From an uncultured Planctomycetota bacterium (lineage in GTDB: Bacteria; Planctomycetota; Planctomycetia; Gemmatales; Gemmataceae), in NCBI GenBank assembly GCA_963849325.1, contig CAWKHF010000003.1, forward strand, positions 119,283 to 183,282: a stretch of 64,000 nucleotides of DNA, written 5' to 3'. The notes below the pieces were generated by a model. That model did not search any database, was not told the DNA's origin, and saw nothing but the letters and a program-made list of their open reading frames with translations. Every line of letters begins with the position of its first letter. The stretch's first letter is position 1. Made by a program: the position numbers and the translations under genes. Below are positions 43,537 through 54,571 of the stretch, piece by piece.

Positions 43537-43747
43537 GACGCATCCCCCTTCCGAACAGGCAATCGCCTCCATCATAGGGCGACCGGCCGGAGACGGTCAA
43601 CGCGCGAATCGACCGAACCTCTCTCCAGGCGCGTGCTTTCTATCGGCTCTTCCGAGAGGACCGACGATGCCGATCCTCCCGAATGGAGGATCGATCCAGG
43701 AAGGGCTGTCTTCCAATCCGCGATCCTTCGTCCGTAGAATGAGGGGG

Positions 43748-44431
43748 ATGAGGGACCGTCCTGCTGCCGCCGATGCTTTCCCTTCCCTGGCCGTCCTGGT
43801 CAGCGGTGGTCTGGATAGCGCCATCCTGCTTGCCGAGTCGAGGGAGCACTACGCCGACGTGTGGCCGCTGTACGTCCGCTTCGGCCTTTTCTGGGAAACG
43901 GTCGAACTGCATCACCTGCGTTGCTTTCTCGATGCGATCCCCGCCCCGGCGTTGCGGCCGTTGACCGTCCTGGACATGCCGGTCGCGGACCTGTACGAGA
44001 AACACTGGAGCCTGACGGGAGTGGACGTGCCGGCCGCGGGGACGCCGGACGACGCCGTATTCCTGCCCGGCCGCAACGTGCTGTTGCTGGCCAAGGCCAT
44101 GCTCTGGTGCCATCTTCATGGCGTAGCCGCGCTGGCCCTGGCGCCGCTGGAGAGCAATCCGTTCCCCGACGCCACGCCGGCCTTTTTCGCGGATTATGAG
44201 CGTCTCGTCAACCAGGCCATCGCCGGATCGGTGCGCGTGTTACAACCCTATCGCGGGCTGCACAAGGAAGCCGTACTCCACCGTGGCCGGCATTTGCCGT
44301 TGCAGTGGACCTTCTCGTGCATGAGACCCCACGACGGCCGGCATTGCGGCGTCTGCAATAAGTGCGCGGAACGTCAGGACGCTTTTGCCCGCGCCGGTTG
44401 CCCGGACCCGACCGTCTACCATCGGGAGTAA
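43748..44431 (+). CDS. queC: 7-cyano-7-deazaguanine synthase
   Basis: SGGLDS; PGRN; TFSC...HCGVCNKC.ER. Confidence 0.9.
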   Translation: MRDRPAAADAFPSLAVLVSGGLDSAILLAESREHYADVWPLYVRFGLFWETVELHHLRCFLDAIPAPALRPLTVLDMPVADLYEKHWSLTGVDVPAAGTPDDAVFLPGRNVLLLAKAMLWCHLHGVAALALAPLESNPFPDATPAFFADYERLVNQAIAGSVRVLQPYRGLHKEAVLHRGRHLPLQWTFSCMRPHDGRHCGVCNKCAERQDAFARAGCPDPTVYHRE

Positions 44432-44433
44432 CC

Positions 44434-44859
44434 ATGTTCAGTGTCACCCGCGAGATCCCCTTCTGCTACGGGCACCGCCTGCTCGACTACAACGGCAAAT
44501 GCCGCCACTTGCACGGACACAACGGCCGAGCCGTCATCACCCTCGCCGCTCCTTCGCTCGACGATCTAGGCATGGTCATGGACTTCACCCGCCTCAAGCG
44601 CGTCGTCGGCGGCTGGATCGACGAACATCTCGACCACAAGATGCTGCTGCACAAGGACGACCCCGTCCTGCCGTTGCTGCGCCAGCAGGGCGAGCCGGTC
44701 TACGTCCTGGAGGTCAATCCGACCGCCGAGAACATTGCCCGCTTGATCTTCGACGTGACTGCCGAGCAGGGCTTCCCCGTTGTCGAGGTTAAACTGTGGG
44801 AGACGGACAGCTGTTTCGCCGCCTACAGCACTTCGGCCCCGACCGAGCGATCACCGTGA
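44434..44859 (+). CDS. queD: 6-carboxytetrahydropterin synthase
   Basis: GHRL..Y.GKC..LHGHN; LDH; PTAENIA; WET. Confidence 0.93.
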   Translation: MFSVTREIPFCYGHRLLDYNGKCRHLHGHNGRAVITLAAPSLDDLGMVMDFTRLKRVVGGWIDEHLDHKMLLHKDDPVLPLLRQQGEPVYVLEVNPTAENIARLIFDVTAEQGFPVVEVKLWETDSCFAAYSTSAPTERSP

Positions 44860-44922
44860 CGTAGCCGCCGGCGGGGGTCTGATGGAAGCGTCATTTCTTC
44901 GCGGATTTCTCGGGTTTCTTGC

Positions 44923-44952
44923 TTGACACGGCTTTTCGACGATCCGTATGAT
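44923..44952 (+). promoter_or_regulatory. Near-consensus sigma70 promoter
   Basis: TTGACA-N18-TATGAT. Confidence 0.6.
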
Positions 44953-45096
44953 AATCCTCACTCTTCTTCTCCCTTCTGGAGAGGAGGGTTAACGACTCCA
45001 TGTCCAATTCGGATCGATGATGTGGCTTGTTGCGGATCGAGGGCGCATACACGTGCGGCATCCCAAACCGCTAAGGGCTTGTCCAATCATAACTTC

Positions 45097-45151
45097 GTTT
45101 AGCCGCGACGCGCAGCGGAACGCGCGCTCCGCTGCGCGTCGCGGCTAAACG
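45097..45151. repeat. REP doublet (TTAGCCGCGACGCGCAGCGG family)
   Basis: Inverted repeat; same family as 34537 and 54379. Confidence 0.85.
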
Positions 45152-45260
45152 GAAACTTCTTGCGGAAGCAGCTTTCCGGAAGTGGGCCACGGTCCCGAGC
45201 CCCCCGGGACAGACCCGCTTCCGGAATCTTTTTTGTCCTTTTTCCGAAGGTCCGGCGATC

Positions 45261-45683
45261 GTGAAAACCCACACCGAATATCTGACATTCAACATCCCGT
45301 CGAAGATGGCCTTCGTGAACATCACGCCGCAGGTGCGGGACGCCCTCACCAAGAGCGGCGTCCAGGAGGGTCTGGTGCTGGTCAACAGCATGCACATCAC
45401 GGCGAGCGTCTTCATCAACGACGACGAGCGCGGCCTGCACCATGACTTCGGTGTCTGGCTGGAGCAACTCGCCCCTTTCAATCCCGACCCCAACCACTAC
45501 CACCACAATCGCACCGGCGAGGATAACGCCGACGCGCATCTCAAGCGCCAGGTCATGGGCCGAGAAGTCGTCGTGGCGATCACCAAAGGCAAGTTGGACT
45601 TCGGACCGTGGGAGCAAATTTTTTACGGCGAGTACGACGGCCATCGGCTCAAGCGCGTGCTGGTCAAGGTCATCGGGGATTGA
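45261..45683 (+). CDS. yjbQ: YjbQ/UPF0047 family protein
   Basis: [37 protein letters not shown]. Confidence 0.92.
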   Translation: MKTHTEYLTFNIPSKMAFVNITPQVRDALTKSGVQEGLVLVNSMHITASVFINDDERGLHHDFGVWLEQLAPFNPDPNHYHHNRTGEDNADAHLKRQVMGREVVVAITKGKLDFGPWEQIFYGEYDGHRLKRVLVKVIGD

Positions 45684-45776
45684 GACGAAGTTGCGGGACC
45701 GAGACCGCAGAAGCCCTCGACTGATATTCGAGGGCGGTCCTCGGAAATTGTTCGCACCCATTTGGAGGATAGAGCA

Positions 45777-46016
45777 ATGAATCGAGTGATTGTTGATCCC
45801 ACGACCCTTAACCAACTCCGCAGCGCCCGGCAAATCCTTGAGCTATGCGATGATTCCGGCCAGGTGGTCGGTCATTTTGTCCCGATCGTCGATCGTTCCG
45901 CGTACGAGGGGTTGGAGCCGCAAATCAGCGAAGAAGAACTGGATCGCCGAATGCGAACCGAAACGGGCGGACGATCCTTAGCCGACATCCTGGCGGACCT
46001 GGAAAAGAAGGCATGA
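45777..46016 (+). CDS. Putative antitoxin
   Basis: 79 aa; acidic C-terminus; ATGA overlap with the next gene. Confidence 0.6.
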   Translation: MNRVIVDPTTLNQLRSARQILELCDDSGQVVGHFVPIVDRSAYEGLEPQISEEELDRRMRTETGGRSLADILADLEKKA

Positions 46017-46279
46017 AGTACACCGTGACTTGGATGTCGAGCGCGGAGCAAGAGTTGGCGGCCTTGTGGCTTGCCTCCCCGGATCGCAGCACGGTCACCA
46101 AGGCGGCTCATGTCCTGGATCAACTCTTGCGGGACGATCCGGAGAAGGAAGGGGAATCGCGGCCCTATGACAGCCGCATTCTATTCTCTCCGCCTCTGGG
46201 GATAATCTATCCGGTGCGCGCGGAGGAGCATCACGTTGCCGTTTTCCACGTTTGGCGTTTCCGCACCTCGCACTCTTGA
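46013..46279 (+). CDS. RelE/ParE-like toxin
   Basis: MKYTVTW...AEQELA..W; L..DP...GESR; RI....PL...Y.V. Confidence 0.65.
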   Translation: MKYTVTWMSSAEQELAALWLASPDRSTVTKAAHVLDQLLRDDPEKEGESRPYDSRILFSPPLGIIYPVRAEEHHVAVFHVWRFRTSHS

Positions 46280-46335
46280 CTCGTCAGCGAAAGGCCATCC
46301 CTGCGCAAGCAGCGGGTGTTGAGAAGACTGCCGTC

Positions 46336-46364
46336 TTGACACCTTGGAGCATTCGCGCTAGATT
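46336..46364 (+). promoter_or_regulatory. sigma70 promoter of tex
   Basis: TTGACA-N17-TAGATT. Confidence 0.65.
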
Positions 46365-46462
46365 AGGCCGGTTAGACCGCGCTATCCCGTGCCGACTTCC
46401 GTTTGCCGCAAGGCGTTGTGACAAGGAACCTGTCGCCGGGTCCGTGCAGGAGAATCCAGGCA

Positions 46463-49400
46463 GTGCCTACTTCAGTAGTGCAGGCTTCGGCAGCGGCCGG
46501 CGTTGAGCACCCGACTTCCGCGCGGCCTCATGCCGAACCAGGACATCTCGACCTGTCGCGCATCGCTCAAGACCTTCAGATTCGCAAAATCCAGGTCGAA
46601 AACGTGGTGCAGCTGCTCGACGAGGGCAACACCATCCCGTTCATCACCCGCTACCGCAAGGAGCGCACCGGTGGACTGAACGAGGACGTGTTGCGAACCA
46701 TCCAGGAGCGCGTCCAACTCCTGCGGCAACTGGCCGAGCGCAAGCAGACCATCCTGCGCACGATCGGAAACCAGGGCAAGCTGACGCCGGAGCTGCGCGC
46801 GGCCATTCTGGCGGCGGACCATCCTCGGCGGCTCGAAGATCTGTATCTGCCGTACAAGCCGAAGAAACGGAGCCTGGCCACGGCGGCCCGCGAGAAGGGA
46901 TTGGAACCGCTGGCCCTGGCCGTCTGGCACGGTGACCCGGCCGTGAACAATCTCGCCGAAGTCCTGCCGTCGATGGTCAATCCCGAGAAGGAGCTGACGA
47001 CGCCCGAACTGGTGCTGGAGGGCGTGCGTCACATCCTCGCCGAGATCATCGCGGAGTCGGCCGACGTTCGCGCCGGGGTGCGTAACGTACTGTGGGACAC
47101 CGGCAAGCTGTGTACCGGCAAACACGAGAAGCTCGTTGAAGGGCAGGGGCTGGAATACAAGGATTACTTCCAGTTCACCGAGCCGGTGCGCCACATTCCG
47201 CCGCATCGCATCCTCGCCATCAATCGCGGCGAAAAAGAGAACGCCTTGCAAGTCAAACTGGAATGGGACGCCGAGACCGGCCTGCGCGTGGCCCTGGAGC
47301 GTCTGCCGCTGCCGGTGCCGGGCACATCCGCGCCGCTGCCGGAAGCTCCCCCAGCCCCCGCGGTGCAGCCGGAAACCGCACCCACTCCGCCTCAACCCGC
47401 GTCCGAGATGTCCGATTCGCCCCGCCAGCCGGAAAGCACCAGCGAAACGACGGTTTCCGTCGGCGAGGCCGCGCCCCTACCTCCGGCCGAGGGAACGGCC
47501 GCACCCGCTGTCGAGGCGACGCCCGCAGTGGAGATGGAGAAGGCACCGCCGGCCGAGGCCAGTGCGACCCTCGCCCCGGAACCTCCGCCTGCCCAGCCGG
47601 CCCCCGCTCCGGCTCCGCCGCGTGTGCCGGTCACGCCGATGGCGCATCGAGCCGAGGCGTTGCAGAAGCATCCGCACGCCGAATTTCTGCGACAGGTGAC
47701 GGCCGACGCCCTGGGCCGTCTGCTCGTGCCCAGCCTGGAACGCGAGATCCGCCGCGAGCTGACCAACCGCTCGGAGGGACACGCGGTCAGCGTGTTCGCG
47801 CGCAATCTGCGCAGCAAACTGCTGGCGGCGCCGCTGCGCGGCCGGCGCGTGCTGGCGATCGATCCCGGCTTCCGCACCGGCTGCAAGTTGGCCGTCCTCG
47901 ACGACATCGGCAACTTGCTCGAAGACGGCGTCATCTATCCGCATACCGGCAACAAGCGCACCGAGGCCAAAGTCAAGCTCGAAGAGTTGGTCCGCAAGCA
48001 TCAGGTGCAGGTCATCGCCATCGGCAACGGCACCGCCTGCCGCGAGACGGAGGAAGTCGTCTCCGAATTGATCGCTAACCTCGACGCGCGGCGGCGGGGA
48101 GAAGTTCCTCCGGCCCCCGAGCCTACTCCGGTGGTCGCCGCGCCAGAGTCCATGCCGGCCCCGCCACAACCGGAAACGTCGGCTGCGCCTCCACCCGAGG
48201 CGAGCGGGACCGACTCGCTCCGCGAGCCGGAAGGCAGCCCCGTCGAGACGCCTCCATCCAGCGAGCCAACCCCGGTCCCCGAAGCGGCGGCGCCCGCAGT
48301 CCCTCAACCGGAAGCGGCGCCTCCGTCCGCGGATGCTTCCGTCGTCACCCCCGCACCCGTGGAGACGACAGCACCCCCAGCCCCGCCCGCGGAACCGCTG
48401 CCCGAAGCGCTGCCGGATCTGGCCTACGTCATCGTCAATGAGGCCGGCGCCAGCGTCTATTCCGCCAGCCCCATCGGACGCGAGGAGTTCCCCCACTTCG
48501 ACGCGACCTTGCGCGGAACCATCTCCATCGGCCGTCGGCTGCAAGACCCGCTCAGCGAACTGGTCAAGATCGATCCGCAGCACGTCGGCGTCGGCCTGTA
48601 TCAGCACGACGTCAGCCCCAAGCAGTTGCGCGAATCGCTGGATGGCGTGGTCGAATCGTGCGTCAACCAGGTCGGCGTCGATCTGAACACGGCCAGCGTA
48701 CCGCTGCTGCGCCACGTTTCGGGGCTCAATCAGCTGGTGGCCCGCGACCTGGTCGCCTATCGCAAGACGCACGGTCCCTTCCGCGATCGCCACCAACTCT
48801 TGCAGGTCAACGGCATTGGCGAGGGACGTTTCGTCCAGGCGGCCGGCTTCCTGAAAATCGGCGACGGCGACAATCCGCTCGATTGCACCTGGATCCACCC
48901 TGAGAGCTACGCGGTGGCCACGCAGATCCTCCAGGATCTCGGCTATGGTCCGGAGGTGCTGCGCGACCGGGAGCGGATGGCGGAGCTGCAAGAAAAACTC
49001 AAGACGGTTGCGGCGGAGGAAGTGGCCAAGCGCCTGCATGCGGGCGTGCCGACGGTGCGCGACATCCTCGCCTCCCTGGCCCGTCCCGGCCGCGATCCCC
49101 GTGAAGACCTTTCGCCGCCGGTCTTCAAGAAGGGCATTCTCAAGATCGAGGACTTGCAGCCGGGCATGGAGCTGAAGGGCACCGTGCTCAACGTCGTCGA
49201 TTTCGGCGCCTTCATCGACATCGGACTCAAGGACAGCGGCCTGGTCCACATCAGCCAGATGGCCAACCGCTATGTCAAGTGTACCTATGACGTGGTGGCC
49301 GTCGGCGACGTGGTAGCGGTGTGGGTGCTGTCGGTGGACAAGGAACGTCATCGCGTCTCGCTGACGATGATCGCGCCGGGCACGGAACGGAAACCGCCGG

Positions 49401-49816
49401 AGAAGAAGCCCGAGCCGCGCGAGCGACGCGGGGAACGGGGCGAACGCGGCGGCCGCGGCGAACGTCGCGAGGCTCCTGCCGGCGGCCGTCCGCAGCAGCA
49501 ACAGCAACCACGAGGCCGCCGACCTTTGCCGCCGCGCGGCGGTCGGCCGGCCCAGGGCCATCCTCACGCGGCCGCCGGTGGGCACGGCGGTACTCCCGCG
49601 ACCGGGCAGGGCCAGCGTCCGCCGCAGCCGCCGCGCAAGCCGCGTCGTCAGCCGCCCAAGCCCAACCTGTCGCAGTCCGCCCTCGCCGGCGCGACGCCGC
49701 TGGGCACCTTCGCCGAGCTGGCCGCCTTCTGGGAAGCCAAGAAAAAAGAGGAGCCGCAGCCGGTCCCGCCCGCGCCGCCCGCCGACGGCGCCGAGGAGCA
49801 ACCGCCGCCCTCTTGA
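46463..49816 (+). CDS. tex: Tex family transcription accessory protein with Pro/Ala/Glu-rich insertions
   Basis: GNTIPFITRYRKERTG; LEDLYLPYK; IDPGFRTGCK; NEAGASVYS; HhH; S1 domain. Likely GTG start 46463 after AGGAG. Confidence 0.93.
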   Translation: MPTSVVQASAAAGVEHPTSARPHAEPGHLDLSRIAQDLQIRKIQVENVVQLLDEGNTIPFITRYRKERTGGLNEDVLRTIQERVQLLRQLAERKQTILRTIGNQGKLTPELRAAILAADHPRRLEDLYLPYKPKKRSLATAAREKGLEPLALAVWHGDPAVNNLAEVLPSMVNPEKELTTPELVLEGVRHILAEIIAESADVRAGVRNVLWDTGKLCTGKHEKLVEGQGLEYKDYFQFTEPVRHIPPHRILAINRGEKENALQVKLEWDAETGLRVALERLPLPVPGTSAPLPEAPPAPAVQPETAPTPPQPASEMSDSPRQPESTSETTVSVGEAAPLPPAEGTAAPAVEATPAVEMEKAPPAEASATLAPEPPPAQPAPAPAPPRVPVTPMAHRAEALQKHPHAEFLRQVTADALGRLLVPSLEREIRRELTNRSEGHAVSVFARNLRSKLLAAPLRGRRVLAIDPGFRTGCKLAVLDDIGNLLEDGVIYPHTGNKRTEAKVKLEELVRKHQVQVIAIGNGTACRETEEVVSELIANLDARRRGEVPPAPEPTPVVAAPESMPAPPQPETSAAPPPEASGTDSLREPEGSPVETPPSSEPTPVPEAAAPAVPQPEAAPPSADASVVTPAPVETTAPPAPPAEPLPEALPDLAYVIVNEAGASVYSASPIGREEFPHFDATLRGTISIGRRLQDPLSELVKIDPQHVGVGLYQHDVSPKQLRESLDGVVESCVNQVGVDLNTASVPLLRHVSGLNQLVARDLVAYRKTHGPFRDRHQLLQVNGIGEGRFVQAAGFLKIGDGDNPLDCTWIHPESYAVATQILQDLGYGPEVLRDRERMAELQEKLKTVAAEEVAKRLHAGVPTVRDILASLARPGRDPREDLSPPVFKKGILKIEDLQPGMELKGTVLNVVDFGAFIDIGLKDSGLVHISQMANRYVKCTYDVVAVGDVVAVWVLSVDKERHRVSLTMIAPGTERKPPEKKPEPRERRGERGERGGRGERREAPAGGRPQQQQQPRGRRPLPPRGGRPAQGHPHAAAGGHGGTPATGQGQRPPQPPRKPRRQPPKPNLSQSALAGATPLGTFAELAAFWEAKKKEEPQPVPPAPPADGAEEQPPPS

Positions 49817-49833
49817 TTCGGTTCGCCGCCGCC

Positions 49834-50076
49834 CTACGTCGCTTCCGGGTTCGCCCCTACCAACAGACGTTCCAGGAGGATACGGTTGACTCGTCCGCGG
49901 AACCGCACGCGACCGTCTATCGTCACCACCGGCACGCAGTCACCGAACTCGCGTACCCGTTGCGGATCGCTATCGACATCCACTTGACGCAGCGCGAACC
50001 CGTGGCGCTGCTGAGCCTGTTCGAGCTGCTCCCAGGCCTCTTCGCACAGATGACAGCCCTGCCGCGTGTACATCAC
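49834..50076 (-). CDS. Glutaredoxin-like protein (DUF836)
   Basis: YTRQGCHLC; VPVV.IDG. Confidence 0.85.
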   Translation of the reverse strand: MMYTRQGCHLCEEAWEQLEQAQQRHGFALRQVDVDSDPQRVREFGDCVPVVTIDGRVRFRGRVNRILLERLLVGANPEAT

Positions 50077-50301
50077 GACGTCCCAGCGGGAATGGGTTTT
50101 TCGTCCGCCACAAGGATTTCAGCCAGGTCCACGGCATGACGTGCTCCCATCCATCCCGGGCGAGCGAGGGCCGTCAGCCCCCGCCCGCTCACATAGTCAG
50201 GCTTCTCGGCTTTTGCTATCCTAAGACTGTGCGCGGTTCCCGGCGAGGGCGCTCTCCCGCTTGTGAGCGCGGGGACCGCACGGAAGTAAGAAGGATCTCT
50301 G

Positions 50302-52279
<1,978 letters not shown>

Positions 52280-52326
52280 GAAGGGCGAACTTTTGTCGAC
52301 AAGCCCGGAGCGCCAGCGACGGGTAG

Positions 52327-54242
52327 CTAAGGCATCCGCACCAACTCCCAGAGCCTTACTTCTCCCTTTTTTTTCCTCCCTTCCACAGATTCAGCGGCAG
52401 ACCGCGCCGAGTAGAAATCGCCGCAGGCCGTAGCCAGCATTCTTCCATCCGGCGAGAAAGCCAGAGAAATGATTCCTTCATCCTCATATCCCTTGAGAAC
52501 GTCGCGCTCTTGGCCACTCTGGACGTCCCAGAGTTGGACCTGGTACTCCTTCTTCTTGCCTTTGGGGAGGATCCCCGCTGCCAACGTCTTGCCGTCGGGA
52601 GAGAACGCCACGCAAAGGAGCCATCGCGCTTCCTTCCGCAGGGTCGCCTTCACCTTGCCCGTATCCACGTCCCAGAACCGCACGGTCCCATCGCCGCTCC
52701 CGGAAGCCAGCGTCTTGCCGTCGGGAGCGAAGGACACGGAGAAAACAGGCCCCTTATGTCCCTCGAAGCTGGACCGCTCTTTGCCGTTCGCCACGTCCCA
52801 GAGCTTCACGGTACGATCGTATCTCCCGGACGCCAGCAGTTTGCCATCAGGGGAAAAGGCCACCGACATGGCGAGAAGACCGGGGCCTCCTCCGGCATTG
52901 TTGCTCCGACCTCCTTCCAGCACCATCCTGTCCTTGCCCGTGGCCACGTCCAACAGCCTTAGGTTGCCACTGCCGTAACCCGTAGCCAGGCTCTTACCGT
53001 CAGGAGAAAAGGCCAGCGCGACAGTAGCCTGGTTCAGCATCCAGGTCGTGCGTTCCTTCCCCGTTGCCACGTCCCATAGTTTCACCGTTCCATCCTGACT
53101 CCCGGAGGCCAAGATTTTCCCGTCTGGGGAAATCGCTACGGAGAGAACGCTGTTCTCGTGGCCTCGGAGCGTCGCTTTCACGCGCGGAGGGGGCGTCTCC
53201 CAGAGCTTCACGGTGCCATCCGAACCCGCGGTGGCGAACCATTTCCCGCTGGGGGCAAATACCACGCTATGGACCAGATCGCCGTGATCTTTGAGAACGG
53301 CCCGTTCTCGCCAGACATCCATACGCGGCGTGCGCCCGACTCCCGAACTCGTCACCGTCTTCTTGTTCACCTGCGGTTCTTTCGCGGCGAAGGCTCGGTA
53401 GGACAACGCGATCATTCCTCCTGCCAGGACGCTCACGGCCAGCAGCGCCGCCGTGGCCATCTTGAGTTTGCTCAGCAGCATCTTGTTCATCACTCCTTCC
53501 GCCAAATCGGCGACCCTGGCGGAGATTCCTCCGGCCACGTTCGCTCGTGCGCCGACAAGTGTGTTTACGGCTTCGATCGTGGAACGCAACCACGAGGACA
53601 GGAGGACCACTGATGTTTCGCTGTCGGCGAGCATCGTCGTCCAAGTGTCCGCGGATAGGCCCAAACCCTGCCGGGCCAACCGCTTGGCCAGCAGGGCGCG
53701 CGCCGGACCAACCGGCTGGCAACCGTTCCTTCCGGGCAGCCGAGCTGTCCGGCAGCCTCCCTCCGTCCCTTTCCCTCCAGATCGCAGAGAACGATCACTT
53801 CTTGATACTTCTCGGGGAGGCGAATTAATTCTTCATCCAGGATGGTTCGGAGGTCATTGCCCAGAATATCGTCCGCCGGCGCTTCGAGGCGAGGGACGAC
53901 GCGCGCCTCCTTTGCTCGCCGTCTGGCCCTTGCCCGTCTTGCCTCCAGGGCCGTCCGGCAAGCCACGCCGTACAGCCAGTTCTTCAGCTTGGCGCGTGTT
54001 CGGATCGAGGCCGCTTTTCGGACGAGGATGAGGAAGGTCGCCTGAAAAGCGTCCTCGGCATCGTGATGGTTGCCGAGGATGCGGCGGCATACTCCGAACA
54101 CCATCGGGCCGTGGCGATGCACCAGGGACGCGAAAGCCGCTTCATCGCCCTGTCGGCAAAAAAGATCCAGCAGTTGATCGTCCGTGGCGTTGCCATCCGG
54201 AGGACGCATAATCCGCCGAAGATACCGCAGGATGCCGGCCAC
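52327..54242 (-). CDS. ECF sigma factor fused to TM and WD40 repeats (frameshift near 53700)
   Basis: HGPMVFGVCRR; DAEDAFQATF; GTVASRL; hydrophobic segment; about seven AFSPDGK.LA...D..V.LWD repeats. Confidence 0.9.
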
Positions 54243-54377
54243 GAGAGGAATCCTCCGTTTCTCCGCCTTAACGGCTGTTATTGCTTCTCCTTCTTTATAC
54301 TGGTCGGAGAGGGATGGTTTGATCCACTCTTTTCCGGCGCGAGCGGCGGCTGTTGGCCTGCTCTGTCGAATGCCTCG

Positions 54378-54443
54378 TTTAGCCGCGACGCGCAGCGGAG
54401 CGCGGACGTCTCGCCCGCGCTCCGCTGTGCGTCGCGGCCAAAC
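54378..54443. repeat. REP doublet (TTAGCCGCGACGCGCAGCGGAGCG family)
   Basis: Imperfect inverted repeat. Confidence 0.8.
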
Positions 54444-54471
54444 GAGACACCATCACCGGGCACGGGGATTA

Positions 54472-54571
54472 AGAGGCACTAACCAAATAGGCGAGCGGGG
54501 GGCGTAAGCCCCCTGTTTTTCGCCGTCAACAGGGGGCTTACGCCCCCCGCTCGCCAAAAAGTTACAGCTTC
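54472..54571. mobile_element. 99-bp MITE/REPIN-like element, copy 2 (spacer inverted; TAA flanks)
   Basis: Identical to 1930-2028 except that the 10-nt spacer is reverse-complemented; TAA|GAGGC...GCTTC|TAA. Confidence 0.85.

Noticed and set aside
43748-44859. queC/queD as a Dpd or Qat defence system
   Set aside because: Canonical short QueC and QueD with no dpdA/tgt, ATPase or TatD neighbours; ordinary queuosine pathway genes are more likely.
47305-48415. Inteins in Tex
   Set aside because: The insertions are low-complexity and lack intein splicing motifs such as a C-terminal HN.
47477-49801. 774-aa antisense ORF and similar long shadow ORFs (e.g. 31988-33349, 62116-63699)
   Set aside because: They lie opposite well-supported genes; long antisense frames are expected in high-GC DNA.
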